Part shown: piece by piece, positions 35,501 to 44,748 of the stretch | Layout of the letters: each line of letters starts with the position of its first letter | Position numbering within the stretch: the first letter of the stretch is position 1 | DNA from: Candidatus Daviesbacteria bacterium | Lineage (GTDB): Bacteria > Patescibacteriota > Microgenomatia > Daviesbacterales > UBA10151 | NCBI GenBank assembly: GCA_016432425.1 | Contig: CP066688.1 | Coordinates: forward strand, 514,619-578,618 | Direction: 5' to 3' | DNA: 64,000 nt | Notes under the pieces: generated by a model | What the model saw: the letters and a program-made list of their open reading frames with translations, nothing else | The model's database searches: none | What the model was told of the DNA's origin: nothing | Program-made: the position numbers and the translations under genes

Positions 35501-37595
35501 ATTTATCATAAGTCGCCTTTAAATCATCCCTGCCTGCAAGATCCTCGGGTTTGATTAAGGAAATATCAATGCTTTCCGTTAAACTTTTTTCTCTTTGAGT
35601 CAAAGCTTCGGCATTGCTTTTCAGGGTGGGAGTTTGAGCCAAATCAGTCTGGACTGAGCGTAAAGTTTGCAACTCTTCTACCTTTCTCACCTCTACCAGT
35701 TGGTTATAATCTGAGGGAGAGGTAAATGTCTGGGTCTCATCCAGTTTTTTACTATCTGCCAAAGGAAAAGTATTTAACTCTACCAGTTTTCTGATTTTAC
35801 CTCTAACTTCTTCTCGAGAGGAAGAGTTGACTAGGTCTTGGGCTTCCTCAGGCAAAATCAACCCCTGGGTCTCCAGATCACCCAGGCGCGCTGAGAGTGC
35901 CGGAGGCAGAGCCGGATGATTCAAAACATCGGCGCTTCTGTCCATGGCATCCTCGGTTGCTTTAATGATTTCAACCACCAGTTTGGGATCATCAGTTGGG
36001 GTGGGCAGCAGGCCCTTTTCAAAGACTACTTCATGTCTGCCTGCAAGAGCTTCCAGTTTTTCCGCCACTATTTCAGCTGCTTTAGGGTTTTTGACTTCTT
36101 TAATAAGCCTGGAGGCCTCAGCCATGGTGGATTGGTAATTTTTAAGGGTAGATTGATAGAGGGAAGCTTTTTTAGGGTCTTGGGAAAGAGCTTGAGCTTC
36201 AGCCAGGCGTCGTTCAGCTTGCTGCATCTTGAGTTTGGCTTTTTCAGCGGCATCAAAAGTGAAGGTATAGGCAAGTCCTTCTCCGAAGCTTTTTATAATA
36301 TATGTAGGATCACCGGGTAAAGCTCCCACTGTATCTGTCAGATAAGGTTGGGCAGTAGGTCCGCCAGCTGGCGGAGTGGGAGATGGGGATGGGCTGGCTA
36401 CCACTGTGTTATCATCAGTTGTAGGAGTTGGTGACGGGCTAGGAGTGGGAGAGGGAGAAGGAGGAGGAACATAGGTAGGATTACTGGAGGCAGCCTGGGG
36501 ATAGAATTTAACCAGTTCTGTTTGTTGATCTGGGGAAAAATTTGTTAAATCTACTTCTTTGGCCAAATCCTGGGCCCGGTTATACCAAAGATACGGTTTG
36601 ATATCATTTGATGGGGTAACTTGGGGACTATCTTGCCATTTTTTTAACTCATCGACTATTTTAGTGTCAGGCTGGGGCAGGCTCTGATAGGACTTTAATT
36701 CCAACACCTGCAGGTTGGTTAAATATTGTTGGTGAATATCAGGAAACTTTTGGGCTACTGCCTCATCCAATTTGATTATTTCAGAGGGCGGGAGCTGGTT
36801 TGAGGAAGTCAGTTTGTCCAGTTCATCCCTAACTTCGCTTCGATTTTTGAGAGCATATAATTTATTGCTTTCTTCCTCCGAAATTAACCCTTGTTCTTTT
36901 AGTTTCTGGATACCTTCTGAGACTCCCTCGGGAATGGCAGGTTCACCCTGGGCCGTGGCAACTTGATCAAGAACTTCTCTGGTGGCTGAAACAGCCTGGG
37001 TCCAGGCTTCTGCTTGAGCAGGAGAAGAGCTCAAACTTAAATTAGTAGCTAATACTGTATGGACAGCAGCAGTTTCTTCCACCTTGTTAATTAGCTCCTC
37101 TGAGGCGGTATCAGTTCTTTGGGCCAAAGTGGCCAGATTTTGGCTGAGAGTTACTAAGGTTTGGCTGTAATCATCCAGGGCCGCTGATGCGGCAGTAACT
37201 TGACCTTTCTCCATCAAGGTTTTAGCCTCAGAGAGCCTTTCTGAGGCAATATCCAGTCTTAGAGCTTCTTTCCTGACCGGGTCAAAAGTGAAAGTAAGCT
37301 GGATATTTTCTACTGTTTTTTCAAAAGGATAAAGAAAGTTTCCCGGCAGAATACCGCTGGCTTGCGGGGGGATAATTCCATCAGGAATTTGAGGAGCAGG
37401 CAAATTCTCCAGATTGGAGAAGGAAAAACCTAAAACTTGAGAATTTCCATAATATGGCCCAAAGTCATAATATTGACTGTTTAAAGCAAAAACAGGGTTT
37501 GGAAATAAAATCCCTAAGGCAAGGATAAGGAAACTGAAGATAATTAGTAGCAGTGAAGATCTTTTTGGGCCAGCCATTTTCTGACCCGTCTGCAT
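32508..37595 (-). CDS. Giant secreted protein (1,695 aa). Signal/TM anchor, three DUF5667-like coiled-coil modules, Pro/Thr linkers, and a C-terminal array of Cys-rich repeats.
   Basis: N-terminus MAGPKRSSLLLIIFSFLILALGILFPNPVFA. Modules of type TFTFDPVRKEALRLDIASERLSEAKTLMEKGQ. Repeated CPSGYHWMSDSGGWCMSDG (x3) and YxC..G.YYSF...CVPY (x2). Confidence 0.8.
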   Translation of the reverse strand: MQTGQKMAGPKRSSLLLIIFSFLILALGILFPNPVFALNSQYYDFGPYYGNSQVLGFSFSNLENLPAPQIPDGIIPPQASGILPGNFLYPFEKTVENIQLTFTFDPVRKEALRLDIASERLSEAKTLMEKGQVTAASAALDDYSQTLVTLSQNLATLAQRTDTASEELINKVEETAAVHTVLATNLSLSSSPAQAEAWTQAVSATREVLDQVATAQGEPAIPEGVSEGIQKLKEQGLISEEESNKLYALKNRSEVRDELDKLTSSNQLPPSEIIKLDEAVAQKFPDIHQQYLTNLQVLELKSYQSLPQPDTKIVDELKKWQDSPQVTPSNDIKPYLWYNRAQDLAKEVDLTNFSPDQQTELVKFYPQAASSNPTYVPPPSPSPTPSPSPTPTTDDNTVVASPSPSPTPPAGGPTAQPYLTDTVGALPGDPTYIIKSFGEGLAYTFTFDAAEKAKLKMQQAERRLAEAQALSQDPKKASLYQSTLKNYQSTMAEASRLIKEVKNPKAAEIVAEKLEALAGRHEVVFEKGLLPTPTDDPKLVVEIIKATEDAMDRSADVLNHPALPPALSARLGDLETQGLILPEEAQDLVNSSSREEVRGKIRKLVELNTFPLADSKKLDETQTFTSPSDYNQLVEVRKVEELQTLRSVQTDLAQTPTLKSNAEALTQREKSLTESIDISLIKPEDLAGRDDLKATYDKLASENPSRPVNRGQFGAQPPAPTDAVLTTCPVGATFKSGEGCVWADTGKKLNDYEQYRCEGPGQYYSFAAKECVPYQKGQGFGEDASPICPAGYTWAWQSQSCQTKTGGITPLPTPTPTPGPGDSESCPQGSSYQASNGCVWDNNGKKVADSTDYNCKNNQYYSFSQFKCVPYPKPGEVSPNDFVPSCQDPNAYWSWSDGKCTWPKPIEGGIQEINIPQPTFVPPGNPLYFVKQWGEGLQRTFAFTPQASVEVRLAQAKERLAEAADALKKDDKAGVKAAITAYISMIQDTVADVSRENLSEGAKQEIAKGLSDGSVEQNLMLSKLSAWAKEEADEIIQAATSMPILVVDRAADVLGEPPIPDDVKAKIEGLPAEMISEEDKKKLLETSSRVEVRSTVGSLVSVGGLTSADTAFLNENFNNVEAKAVVPLEELSKLAEIADITDQKQEIDEKIGKNEDIVTKLGEFQKTFEPGQKIPAEIRPYVRLTRIEEVTQTIRPDIVKLEDFQNRKDVVLAVATLQEEFRPTRESFSQVAEFRRRNPNSPLPYDLARIEALSYSLGVRNQAGPCYLPTPPFPANTPCPAPGAAIPISSYYAQPTGGPGSVSYSVPTPSLDKDGKPLVYGQGPKAESAGVCPSGYHWMYDSGGWCMSDGGSYGSSYSYTPTGTGAGYTPYSPYYTAPGAPPASFGYPVGGSGYQPSPYSYVAPSYYGPAPSYYTTNPPAGTVPGSGPRPTAPGQCPSGYHWMSDSGGWCMSDGPTYVPSGSSTSSYPSGTGSYNYYSPNLNQSSCGPGYYWDGRGCIRTSPTDTYGSCTPPGGGCGTSAYWDYGSCSCRGSSTYYGGSGTSTGTSSCSPPAGGCGSGWFDSSSCSCKQASSQGCYNVSASSCGSGWYFDSAACTCRQSTSSSTSTSTTTSGGSTSSSGSCPSGYHWMSDNGGWCMSDGGGSTSTSTSTTTTSPSPSPTTTTTTEPTPTTSTSEPAPTTSEPAPAPSEPAPSPNP

Positions 37596-37732
37596 TTTAA
37601 GCTTAAAATAAACTTTTATTATTTGTCAAGTGCAGAGATTTTACAGATTTCCAAGATTATCCACTATTTGAATGGAGAGAATCCCAAGGTCAACCCCACC
37701 GCAAGAGTAATTTTCCACTTTATTATTATTTA

Positions 37733-39061
37733 TTATTTGCTCTGAGATGCTTCCATAAAGTCTGCCCTGATCCAGCCAATTTTAGGAGGATCAAAAGGAA
37801 GCCAAACTGTGGCCCAATCTCCGGTGTCAGTTTTAACTTGATAGTCCCATTTTGCCTCAACTTTGTACATATCTGTTGCTTCCTGGTAATGACGAAATAA
37901 CACTGTCTTTGGCCCTTCTAAAACTGTCACCCTCTCTCCATCTTCTACATAAGGTCTGGTTGGGTCTAAACCTGGCTCTGGTTTTTCTCTTAGTATAATC
38001 CCAAAATCATATCTATTTAATCTGGCAGCAGGGTCGAGTATGGTAGCATTCTCACCAGGAGCAAAATTCCTAATTTCTACAGGTATGCCGTATCGGGAAA
38101 TATCTACTCCCAGCCAATTTCTGACTATATCATATTCTGCTTGAGTAAAATAACCTTTTACTAGATTAGGTTTATCAGTGAGTTGTGCGTATAAAACCTC
38201 ATTTCTAAGCTCTGTACCATTAGTTAAAAATCTTCCCACCAGGGTTGTTAATATATAGTCAAGAGAGCGATCGTCCATCTGGGTGCCGATCAACCTTTTA
38301 TATTTATCAAAAAGATTATGATCATACCCATAATATCTGCCTAAGCTGTTCGCCATAGAATGACCCAGGACAATAGTGTCTTCATCTGCTGCCACATTAA
38401 GGTTATTAGGATCACTGCTAACTAAAGCTTTATGTGGTACCTTCTTGCCTTGTTGCTCCATAGTTTGGAGAGTAAGATGAAGTTGGGCTAAATTCTGCGG
38501 GGGAACAAAATAAGTCTGGTCCGGATTAATAAATGTTAATCTATCCCTTAGAGCTTGAATATATGGAGTAACTTGATAGCCGGTATATCCCAAATTAAAC
38601 TCTTGCCTAGTCTCTTGTTGGAAGTATTTTTCTTGTAAATGGCTTTCCACCAGGGCATTGACGTAGATTGCATCATTGGGGTTATTTATATCGGGTAACT
38701 GAGGTCCAGGAAATCTGGCGCTCAATCTAAGTTTTTGGCCATCAAAACGTAAAAAAGGGTCAGCAAAATTACTAAAAAAGTCTGCGAGTCTTTGTAATCT
38801 ATTAAAAGTCAGACTACCTTCATTGGGATTGGGCCTTATTTCTCGACCATAAGCTTGATAACCCAAGAGACGATATAATTCTTCGAGTTGAGTTGGTGTA
38901 ATAGAGGAATCTCTGACTATTTTGGGAGAATTATCTGGTTTATCAGCCAGTTGTACAATCGGGGCTGCTTTTTGAGCATCGTTAACTCCTAAATGCCAGC
39001 CTCCTAATATAGCTAGGGCGCTTATTGTTCCTGCCCCGATAGCTATTTTAGTTTCTTTATC
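37733..39061 (-). CDS. Hypothetical secreted/membrane-anchored protein with a C-terminal SH3-like segment. The ORF extends to 39193, but the Met at 39061 precedes the signal/TM.
   Basis: MDKETKIAIGAGTISALAILGGWHLG signal-anchor. C-terminus ...GDWATVWLPFDPPKIGWIRADF. Confidence 0.55.
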   Translation of the reverse strand, partial: DKETKIAIGAGTISALAILGGWHLGVNDAQKAAPIVQLADKPDNSPKIVRDSSITPTQLEELYRLLGYQAYGREIRPNPNEGSLTFNRLQRLADFFSNFADPFLRFDGQKLRLSARFPGPQLPDINNPNDAIYVNALVESHLQEKYFQQETRQEFNLGYTGYQVTPYIQALRDRLTFINPDQTYFVPPQNLAQLHLTLQTMEQQGKKVPHKALVSSDPNNLNVAADEDTIVLGHSMANSLGRYYGYDHNLFDKYKRLIGTQMDDRSLDYILTTLVGRFLTNGTELRNEVLYAQLTDKPNLVKGYFTQAEYDIVRNWLGVDISRYGIPVEIRNFAPGENATILDPAARLNRYDFGIILREKPEPGLDPTRPYVEDGERVTVLEGPKTVLFRHYQEATDMYKVEAKWDYQVKTDTGDWATVWLPFDPPKIGWIRADFMEASQSK

Positions 39062-39106
39062 CATTGACAGGATTGTATGGCACTTTGAACTGATAGTCAA
39101 TATAGA

Positions 39107-39138
39107 GACAAACATTACACGGCCGTGATACTTTTGTC
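39107..39138. promoter_or_regulatory. Family-2 palindrome GAGACAAACATTACACGG|CCGTGATACTTTTGTCTA (CGGCCG-centred), ~50 bp upstream of the 37733..39061 gene start.
   Basis: 21/22 identical to the site at 53264..53296 over ACGGCCGTGTAATRTTTGTCTC. Confidence 0.45.
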
Positions 39139-39989
39139 TACAAATCAGGCATCCACAACCAATAACCACCGGAGCGGGAAGCCTCCGGTCCACCCTGGGA
39201 CAAACCTCCGGTGGGAGTAGATTGCCAAACCCCGGATTGTCCGGTCGTTCCTAAGTTTTTAATAATGTAGGCTAAATCCGCGCTATTAATGATGCCATCT
39301 TTATTAAGGTCCACATTATCATTCCAATTATTGGAGGTAGTAGTGGTTCCATACAAACCTTTGGCAATGGCAAAATCAGCGCTATTGATAGAGTTATCAT
39401 CATTTAAATCTCCGCTAAGGAGAGTTAAGGCTTGGCCGGAGTTTAAATCAGTAGCGGAAGGGTTCAAAGTAAAAGCAGAAGAGGTGGCAATTTGGGCCGG
39501 GCCTTTAATATAAGCAGAATAGCCTGTGCCGGTAGTTAACCCGGCCATAGATAACCCGCTAAATAAACCACTGGCCGGTAAATCAATAGTAAAACTCAGC
39601 AAGTATTTAGGGCTGTTAACAGGGGAACCTTCAGCTATACCTACAAAAACTTTGGCTGTCTGGTTATTAGGAGGTCTACCTTCCAGAATTAATTTTAAAT
39701 TTAAGGTCGGGCCAAAAGAAATGGCAGAAGAGCTGGTAGATTCTTCTATTTTAGTTAATCCAGAGTCCGAATCTAGAGAGGAACTGGTGGCCACTTTTTG
39801 AGAGAGATTTTTTAAGGCATCTAAAGCAGAAAGATTAGCGGAGTTGGTAGCTTGTTTGGTCACCTTTTTGTCACTGGCTTTGGAGCTAACATTCTGTTGC
39901 TGAGAGGCCATGTAAGCTCCCAAAGGGATAGATAGGATTAAAAAAACATAAACAGCTAAAATAATCTTGTATTTAGTAGTTTGAAACAT
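39138..39989 (-). CDS. Secreted dockerin-domain protein.
   Basis: N-terminal signal anchor. Tandem dockerin-type Ca-binding repeats DLNDDNSINSADFAIAKGLYG and DLNKDGIINSADLAYIIKNLG. Confidence 0.6.
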   Translation of the reverse strand: MFQTTKYKIILAVYVFLILSIPLGAYMASQQQNVSSKASDKKVTKQATNSANLSALDALKNLSQKVATSSSLDSDSGLTKIEESTSSSAISFGPTLNLKLILEGRPPNNQTAKVFVGIAEGSPVNSPKYLLSFTIDLPASGLFSGLSMAGLTTGTGYSAYIKGPAQIATSSAFTLNPSATDLNSGQALTLLSGDLNDDNSINSADFAIAKGLYGTTTTSNNWNDNVDLNKDGIINSADLAYIIKNLGTTGQSGVWQSTPTGGLSQGGPEASRSGGYWLWMPDL

Positions 39990-40063
39990 AACTTCATTGT
40001 GTCAACAACTCTATTGTACATGGAATATTTGACTTTTGACAATTGAAAATTGACAATTGAATA

Positions 40064-41062
40064 ATGAAAATCCTCTGGCGGATCGCAGTTAATACTTTAA
40101 TTGGACTTTTTTTAATCTGGATCTGGCTAAAATTTGTAAATTTAGGGGAGATTGGGCAAATTTTATCGAAAATAGAGCTTCAATATTTAGGTTTAATTTT
40201 TCTGATGATGTTTTTATCACCGGCTATCCGGGCAGTCAGGCTCAAGTTTTTCCTCAAACCAGTTAAAAATTTACCGATTAAAGATTTAATCTTTTTAAAC
40301 GGCTTTGCCACCCTCTTGAATTTTGTTATTCCCCTTAGGGCAGGGGAGATTGCTAAAGGGGTTTATCTACAACAAAATTATGATTTGCCTTTAGGCAAGG
40401 CAGTAATTTGGATATTTTTGGATCGTTTTATTGATTTTTTAGTAATTTTGTTTCTTATTTCAATTTTTTCTTTTAAGATCATCACTAATTTACCAGATAA
40501 TTTTATCTTCATCTCCAGTTTACTTTTTATAGGAACTTTAACTCTAACTTATTTATTTATTTATAAATCAGGATTCTTAAGAAAAATCTTTCAATTTCTG
40601 AGCTATCTATTAATAGTGGGTATTATAAAGATATACTTTGAGCGGTTTCTCAATTTCTTAATTGAAACTTTTACCCTGTTAAAAAGAAAACCGGGGGAGA
40701 TGTTGTTATTTATTTTTTTAAGTGTACTGGCTTATGGGGTGGATGGCGCAATTTGGTATTATTCTTTTTTAAGCTTGGGCAGCTTACAGAATTTTGGCCA
40801 AATGTATTTTGGCCAGCTTCTATCAGCTTTAACTTATCTAATACCGGCTGCTCCTATGTATGTGGGTTCGGCTGAGGCTTCCGGGCTGTTAATTTTATCA
40901 GGTATATTGGGGATAAAACCTAGTTTAGCTTCCGCGATGATTATTTTATTGCATCTTTTAACAGCTGTTTTTGTTATAATTTTTGGTTTAGTTTCCCTCT
41001 ATCTGCTTAAACTGGATTTGGGGTTAATTTTAAAGAAAGCCTTAAAAAGAACTGAAATCTAG
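40064..41062 (+). CDS. Lysylphosphatidylglycerol-synthase-TM-like / flippase-like (UPF0104) membrane protein.
   Basis: 8 TM helices and family-like N-terminus (LGEIGQILSKIELQYLGLIFLMMFLSPAIRAVRLKFFL). Confidence 0.6.
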   Translation: MKILWRIAVNTLIGLFLIWIWLKFVNLGEIGQILSKIELQYLGLIFLMMFLSPAIRAVRLKFFLKPVKNLPIKDLIFLNGFATLLNFVIPLRAGEIAKGVYLQQNYDLPLGKAVIWIFLDRFIDFLVILFLISIFSFKIITNLPDNFIFISSLLFIGTLTLTYLFIYKSGFLRKIFQFLSYLLIVGIIKIYFERFLNFLIETFTLLKRKPGEMLLFIFLSVLAYGVDGAIWYYSFLSLGSLQNFGQMYFGQLLSALTYLIPAAPMYVGSAEASGLLILSGILGIKPSLASAMIILLHLLTAVFVIIFGLVSLYLLKLDLGLILKKALKRTEI

Positions 41063-41881
41063 TTTTACAGAGGGGCCCATGGTGGGGGCAAGAGAAACTT
41101 TGAGGATTTTGGATTTACCCAGCGTTTGCAGCAGGGTTCTAACATTGGCAGATAGTTCCTCGGTAGGTTGGTTTAATTTACCCAAAGCCAAATGGATGAT
41201 TGGGGATTTACTTTCTGTTTTAAATTCAGTTTTACCACCCTGGAAACCTTCTAGAGCTTTTTTCAGGTCATTAGTAATGGTGCCGTTTTTGGGATTGGGC
41301 ATTAAACCCCGGGGACCTAGGATTTTAGCAACTTTGGTAAGTTTAGCCATCCACTCCGGGGTAGTGACAATAATATCAAAATTAATCTGACCTTTTTCTA
41401 TCTGGGTAAGGGTGGAATCGTCACCAACAATATCCGCACCAGAGCTTGGAGCGTTCTTGCCAAAGGCTAAGACGCGAATTTTTCTGCCGGACGCAAAAGG
41501 CAAGGAGATCAAACCGCGAACGCCTGTCTGCGCCGTGATTATATGGGCCTCTAAGGATCCATTAAATTTAGAATAGGACAGTTTTTTGACCATGTCAACT
41601 GCCTCACTGACAGGATAGCTTTTGGAGCGGTCCAAGTCTTTGGAAATCTCCTGGTATTTTTTAGATCTGACTTTTTTTGAGGTTGGATGTTTGACTTTGG
41701 AAGTTGGTTTAGGAGGTTGGATATTAGAAGTTGGAGTTTCCACCTTCAAATCTCTAACTTCTTCATCTATTTTCTCATTTCCAACATCTAGCTTCTGTTT
41801 TGCAGAAGTTTTTTTCTTCTTAGCTTCCGGTTGTGAATCATCAATGATTTTAGTTTTTGTTTTTCCCATGGTTCGACTCAC
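41042..41881 (-). CDS. rplA: Ribosomal protein uL1 with an ~65-aa Lys-rich N-terminal extension. Start is GTG at 41881 or ATG at 41869.
   Basis: Core from RSKKYQEISKDLDRSKSYPVSEAVDMVKK matches L1. C-terminal L1 consensus is present. Confidence 0.8.
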   Translation of the reverse strand: MSRTMGKTKTKIIDDSQPEAKKKKTSAKQKLDVGNEKIDEEVRDLKVETPTSNIQPPKPTSKVKHPTSKKVRSKKYQEISKDLDRSKSYPVSEAVDMVKKLSYSKFNGSLEAHIITAQTGVRGLISLPFASGRKIRVLAFGKNAPSSGADIVGDDSTLTQIEKGQINFDIIVTTPEWMAKLTKVAKILGPRGLMPNPKNGTITNDLKKALEGFQGGKTEFKTESKSPIIHLALGKLNQPTEELSANVRTLLQTLGKSKILKVSLAPTMGPSVKLDFSSF

Positions 41882-41937
41882 TTCGTTCGCTCACCACAAG
41901 TTCTTGTCGAACCACCCTGAGCGATAGTCGAAGGGTT
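41870..41937. repeat. Interspersed-repeat family copy D. It fills the rplK-rplA intergenic spacer and abuts the rplA start. It shares modules with copies A/B, and its terminal 23-mer ccctgagcgatagtcgaagggtt matches 51380..51402 at 21/23.
   Basis: Direct comparison of words ggttcgact, ctcaccaca, cctgagcg, gtcgaaggg. Confidence 0.5.
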
Positions 41938-41951
41938 TTCCTTTCTTTATT

Positions 41952-42377
41952 TTAACCTATTTTTACTCCCATCGAACGGGCTGTTCCCTCCACAATTTTC
42001 ATGGCAGCTTCAATATTTTTGGTATTCAAATCCGGCATTTTAGCTTTGGCAATTTCTTCTACTTGAGCTTGGGAAATGGTACCTACAGGTTCTTTTAAAG
42101 CTTTGCCGGAGCCTTTTTCTAATTTGGCAGCTTTTTTGATCATTTCAGCCACCGGCGGCTCTTTAGTAATAAAAGAAAAAGTCCGGTCTTCAAATACCGT
42201 AATTACCACCGGTAAAATATCCCCCATGCGGTCTTTAGTCCGCTCATTAAAAGCTTTGACAAACTCCATGATAGGCAGCCCATGGGGGCCCAAAGCAGTA
42301 CCCACGGGGGGAGCAGCAGTAGCTGAGCCTGCCGGCACATTTAGTTTAATATAAGTTTTAATCTTTTTAACAGCCAT
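41952..42377 (-). CDS. rplK: Ribosomal protein uL11.
   Basis: 141 aa. PPVGPALG-type motif ([12 protein letters not shown]). Confidence 0.9.
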   Translation of the reverse strand: MAVKKIKTYIKLNVPAGSATAAPPVGTALGPHGLPIMEFVKAFNERTKDRMGDILPVVITVFEDRTFSFITKEPPVAEMIKKAAKLEKGSGKALKEPVGTISQAQVEEIAKAKMPDLNTKNIEAAMKIVEGTARSMGVKIG

Positions 42378-42378
42378 A

Positions 42379-42960
42379 TTAGATTTTCTGTATCTGTAAA
42401 AAATCTAACTCCACTGGGGTTTCCCGGCCAAAAATAGACACCAATACTTTGACCTTGCCCCGTTCCTCATCTACTGAGTCTACTTTGCCAATAAAGTCAG
42501 CGAATGGTCCATCAACAATTTTAACAGTATCGGAAACTGTGAAAACTTGTTTGAAGGTGGGCTGTTCAGCCTCAGCAAACCTGACAATGGTGGCTACTTC
42601 AGTATCAGAAATAGGGGTGGGTTTGTTACCGATACCCACGAAAGAAGTTACCCCCTGAATAGTTCTGACAGCCAGCCAGGAATTATCATCCAAAACCATC
42701 TTGACTAAAATATAGCCGGGAAAGATTTTTTCTTTCACTGTTAATTTCTTGCCACCTTTAATTTCAATTTTATCCTGGGTGGGGACCAGTACTTCCACAA
42801 TTTTATCTTCCAGGTGCTCGGATCCGATTTTTTGCTTTAAGGCAGCAGCCACTTTATTTTCATGGCCGGAATAAGTATGGACTACATACCAGCGGGCCCC
42901 GTTCCCGGAAGCCTCATCAGTGTTATTCTGATCTAATGGTTGTTCGGTAGCGTCATTCAT
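42379..42960 (-). CDS. nusG: Transcription antitermination factor NusG.
   Basis: NGN domain ([14 protein letters not shown]) and C-terminal KOW. Confidence 0.85.
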   Translation of the reverse strand: MNDATEQPLDQNNTDEASGNGARWYVVHTYSGHENKVAAALKQKIGSEHLEDKIVEVLVPTQDKIEIKGGKKLTVKEKIFPGYILVKMVLDDNSWLAVRTIQGVTSFVGIGNKPTPISDTEVATIVRFAEAEQPTFKQVFTVSDTVKIVDGPFADFIGKVDSVDEERGKVKVLVSIFGRETPVELDFLQIQKI

Positions 42961-43202
42961 AAGTCACCCTGTATTAAAAAGTTAGTAAATAAGGTTAAAA
43001 TATAGTCCAAGCCTCCCAGAAAGAGCCCTACCACTACGGCCACGGTGATGACCAAAATAGTGTAGCGGACAGTTTGATCGCGAGTCGGCCAAACTACCTT
43101 ATTTAATTCCTCTTTAACTTCTTTTAAAAAAGTGACTGGTTTAGGCATTTCTAAAATTACCCTTCGTCCAAAATTAAAAAATCCTCCATTTTTGGAGGAC
43201 AT
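42957..43202 (-). CDS. secE: Preprotein translocase subunit SecE.
   Basis: 81 aa, single C-terminal TM. Positioned immediately upstream of nusG. ATGA overlap with nusG. Confidence 0.65.
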   Translation of the reverse strand: MSSKNGGFFNFGRRVILEMPKPVTFLKEVKEELNKVVWPTRDQTVRYTILVITVAVVVGLFLGGLDYILTLFTNFLIQGDL

Positions 43203-43253
43203 ATGTCAAGTATAGCAAAAGACCAAAAGAATAGCAACAAGTTGAATAAGGGG

Positions 43254-44627
43254 TTATCTGCGCAGGATTGGGGCCACGTTGCTTCGAGGTGAGCAGGCAG
43301 CGCCGTTACAGGCGAATACTCTGTATTGAACCAAACCTGTAGGAGGGGTGGGGTCGGTAAAGGTGGTTATATCTGCGCCAACTGTCCCGATTTGTCCAAA
43401 GACTCCTCTCACTCCTGACCTTCTTTCTATACGAAACTCTGTCTCAGCGGTGCTTCTGTCTCTCCAATTGAGCACCACTCCTCCTGCGGTATCAGCAGGC
43501 CTGGCAAGAATTGGAGACATCAGACCAGAAGGTACCGGAGGTGTTCCTCTGACAAAAAGTCTGACCGGAGTGCTAAGGGGAGAGCAACCGGCGCCATTGC
43601 AGGCTTCCACTCTATAAAAGTTTGTGCCTCTGGGGGCAGAAGTATCAATAAACAGGGTGGTATTTGCTCCTGAGGTGCCGATTTGGGTAAAAGCGCCTCT
43701 TAGACCGGTAGCTCTGGAGATTCTGAACTCAGTCTCATTATCATTGGTATCAGCCCATCTGACCTCTACTCCTCCTGCCGTTTGCAAGGCAGTCACACCG
43801 GAGGGAACATTAGCCGGAGGGAGGGGAGGGGGAGGTGGAGGTAGTCCGGGGCCGGGAGGAGGCGGGGGAGCGCCGGCAAACAGCTTACCTGAGACTGTAA
43901 AGAGATTGGTCTGCAAGCCTCCCGGAGGCAGCCCGGGACCCTCTATCTTTACAAAATTATTACCGGTGGGTGAACCAATCACAGAATGTGCGGTGATAGC
44001 ATCACCCAAATACCCCGGTGGGGCACCGACATCCCATCTGAGAAAGCTTTGGAAAACTCTGCTAGCTAATGCCAGAGAGAAATCACAAGGCCCAACTTCA
44101 CAACCAATATCCTCTGTGGAGGAATTTCTGGGCATTACCCCTACAGCATTGGTCACATAGGTATCTACTCCATATGGATGAGTAACAGTATAGGTAGAGT
44201 TAGGAACTAAACCGTTGCCGGTGGCTCGCAGTCTGCCAAAGACCATCTGACCGCCAGCTTCAGGGTCTTCATTAAGAAATGCTCCCTCCACTGCCATTCT
44301 GAACATAAATTTACCACCGGTGTCAGGAATTGCGATTTGATCTGATTCTGCAATCCAGTAGAAAAACTCCGATGGGAAGTTGGCGGGAAACACTGTAGGC
44401 TGGTTAGGGTCAAAGTTTGGCTCCTCACCTGCTCCGGGCAAAACACAGATTGGGTCTAAACCGGCAAGGCAGGCCCCTACTATATTACTCACATCATCTG
44501 CATAAGAATCGGGGAAACCGTTTAGAGGGTCAACTACTCCGGCGCTTTTGGCTGCATGGACCGGAGAGGATTGGGTCACTAACAAGATAATAATGGAAAC
44601 CAGGAATAATAAGATCAGTCTTTTCAT
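43254..44627 (-). CDS. Secreted protein with a Pro-rich linker and two fibronectin-type-III-like domains.
   Basis: Signal peptide. PPPPPGPGLPPPPPPLPP linker. Two ~90-aa repeats (...VEVRWADTNDNETEFRISRA...YRVEACNGAGCSP... / ...VVLNWRDRSTAETEFRIERR...YRVFACNGAACSP...). Confidence 0.6.
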   Translation of the reverse strand: MKRLILLFLVSIIILLVTQSSPVHAAKSAGVVDPLNGFPDSYADDVSNIVGACLAGLDPICVLPGAGEEPNFDPNQPTVFPANFPSEFFYWIAESDQIAIPDTGGKFMFRMAVEGAFLNEDPEAGGQMVFGRLRATGNGLVPNSTYTVTHPYGVDTYVTNAVGVMPRNSSTEDIGCEVGPCDFSLALASRVFQSFLRWDVGAPPGYLGDAITAHSVIGSPTGNNFVKIEGPGLPPGGLQTNLFTVSGKLFAGAPPPPPGPGLPPPPPPLPPANVPSGVTALQTAGGVEVRWADTNDNETEFRISRATGLRGAFTQIGTSGANTTLFIDTSAPRGTNFYRVEACNGAGCSPLSTPVRLFVRGTPPVPSGLMSPILARPADTAGGVVLNWRDRSTAETEFRIERRSGVRGVFGQIGTVGADITTFTDPTPPTGLVQYRVFACNGAACSPRSNVAPILRR

Positions 44628-44748
44628 TTTAAAATTTAATGTGACAAGTTTAGAAGATATTAAAACTATTTTATTTGACTAAAGTAAAAATTGGGTAAAA
44701 TAAATAACAGGCTTTGGTAATAATGTATAATTCTCGCAGAGAATTAAT

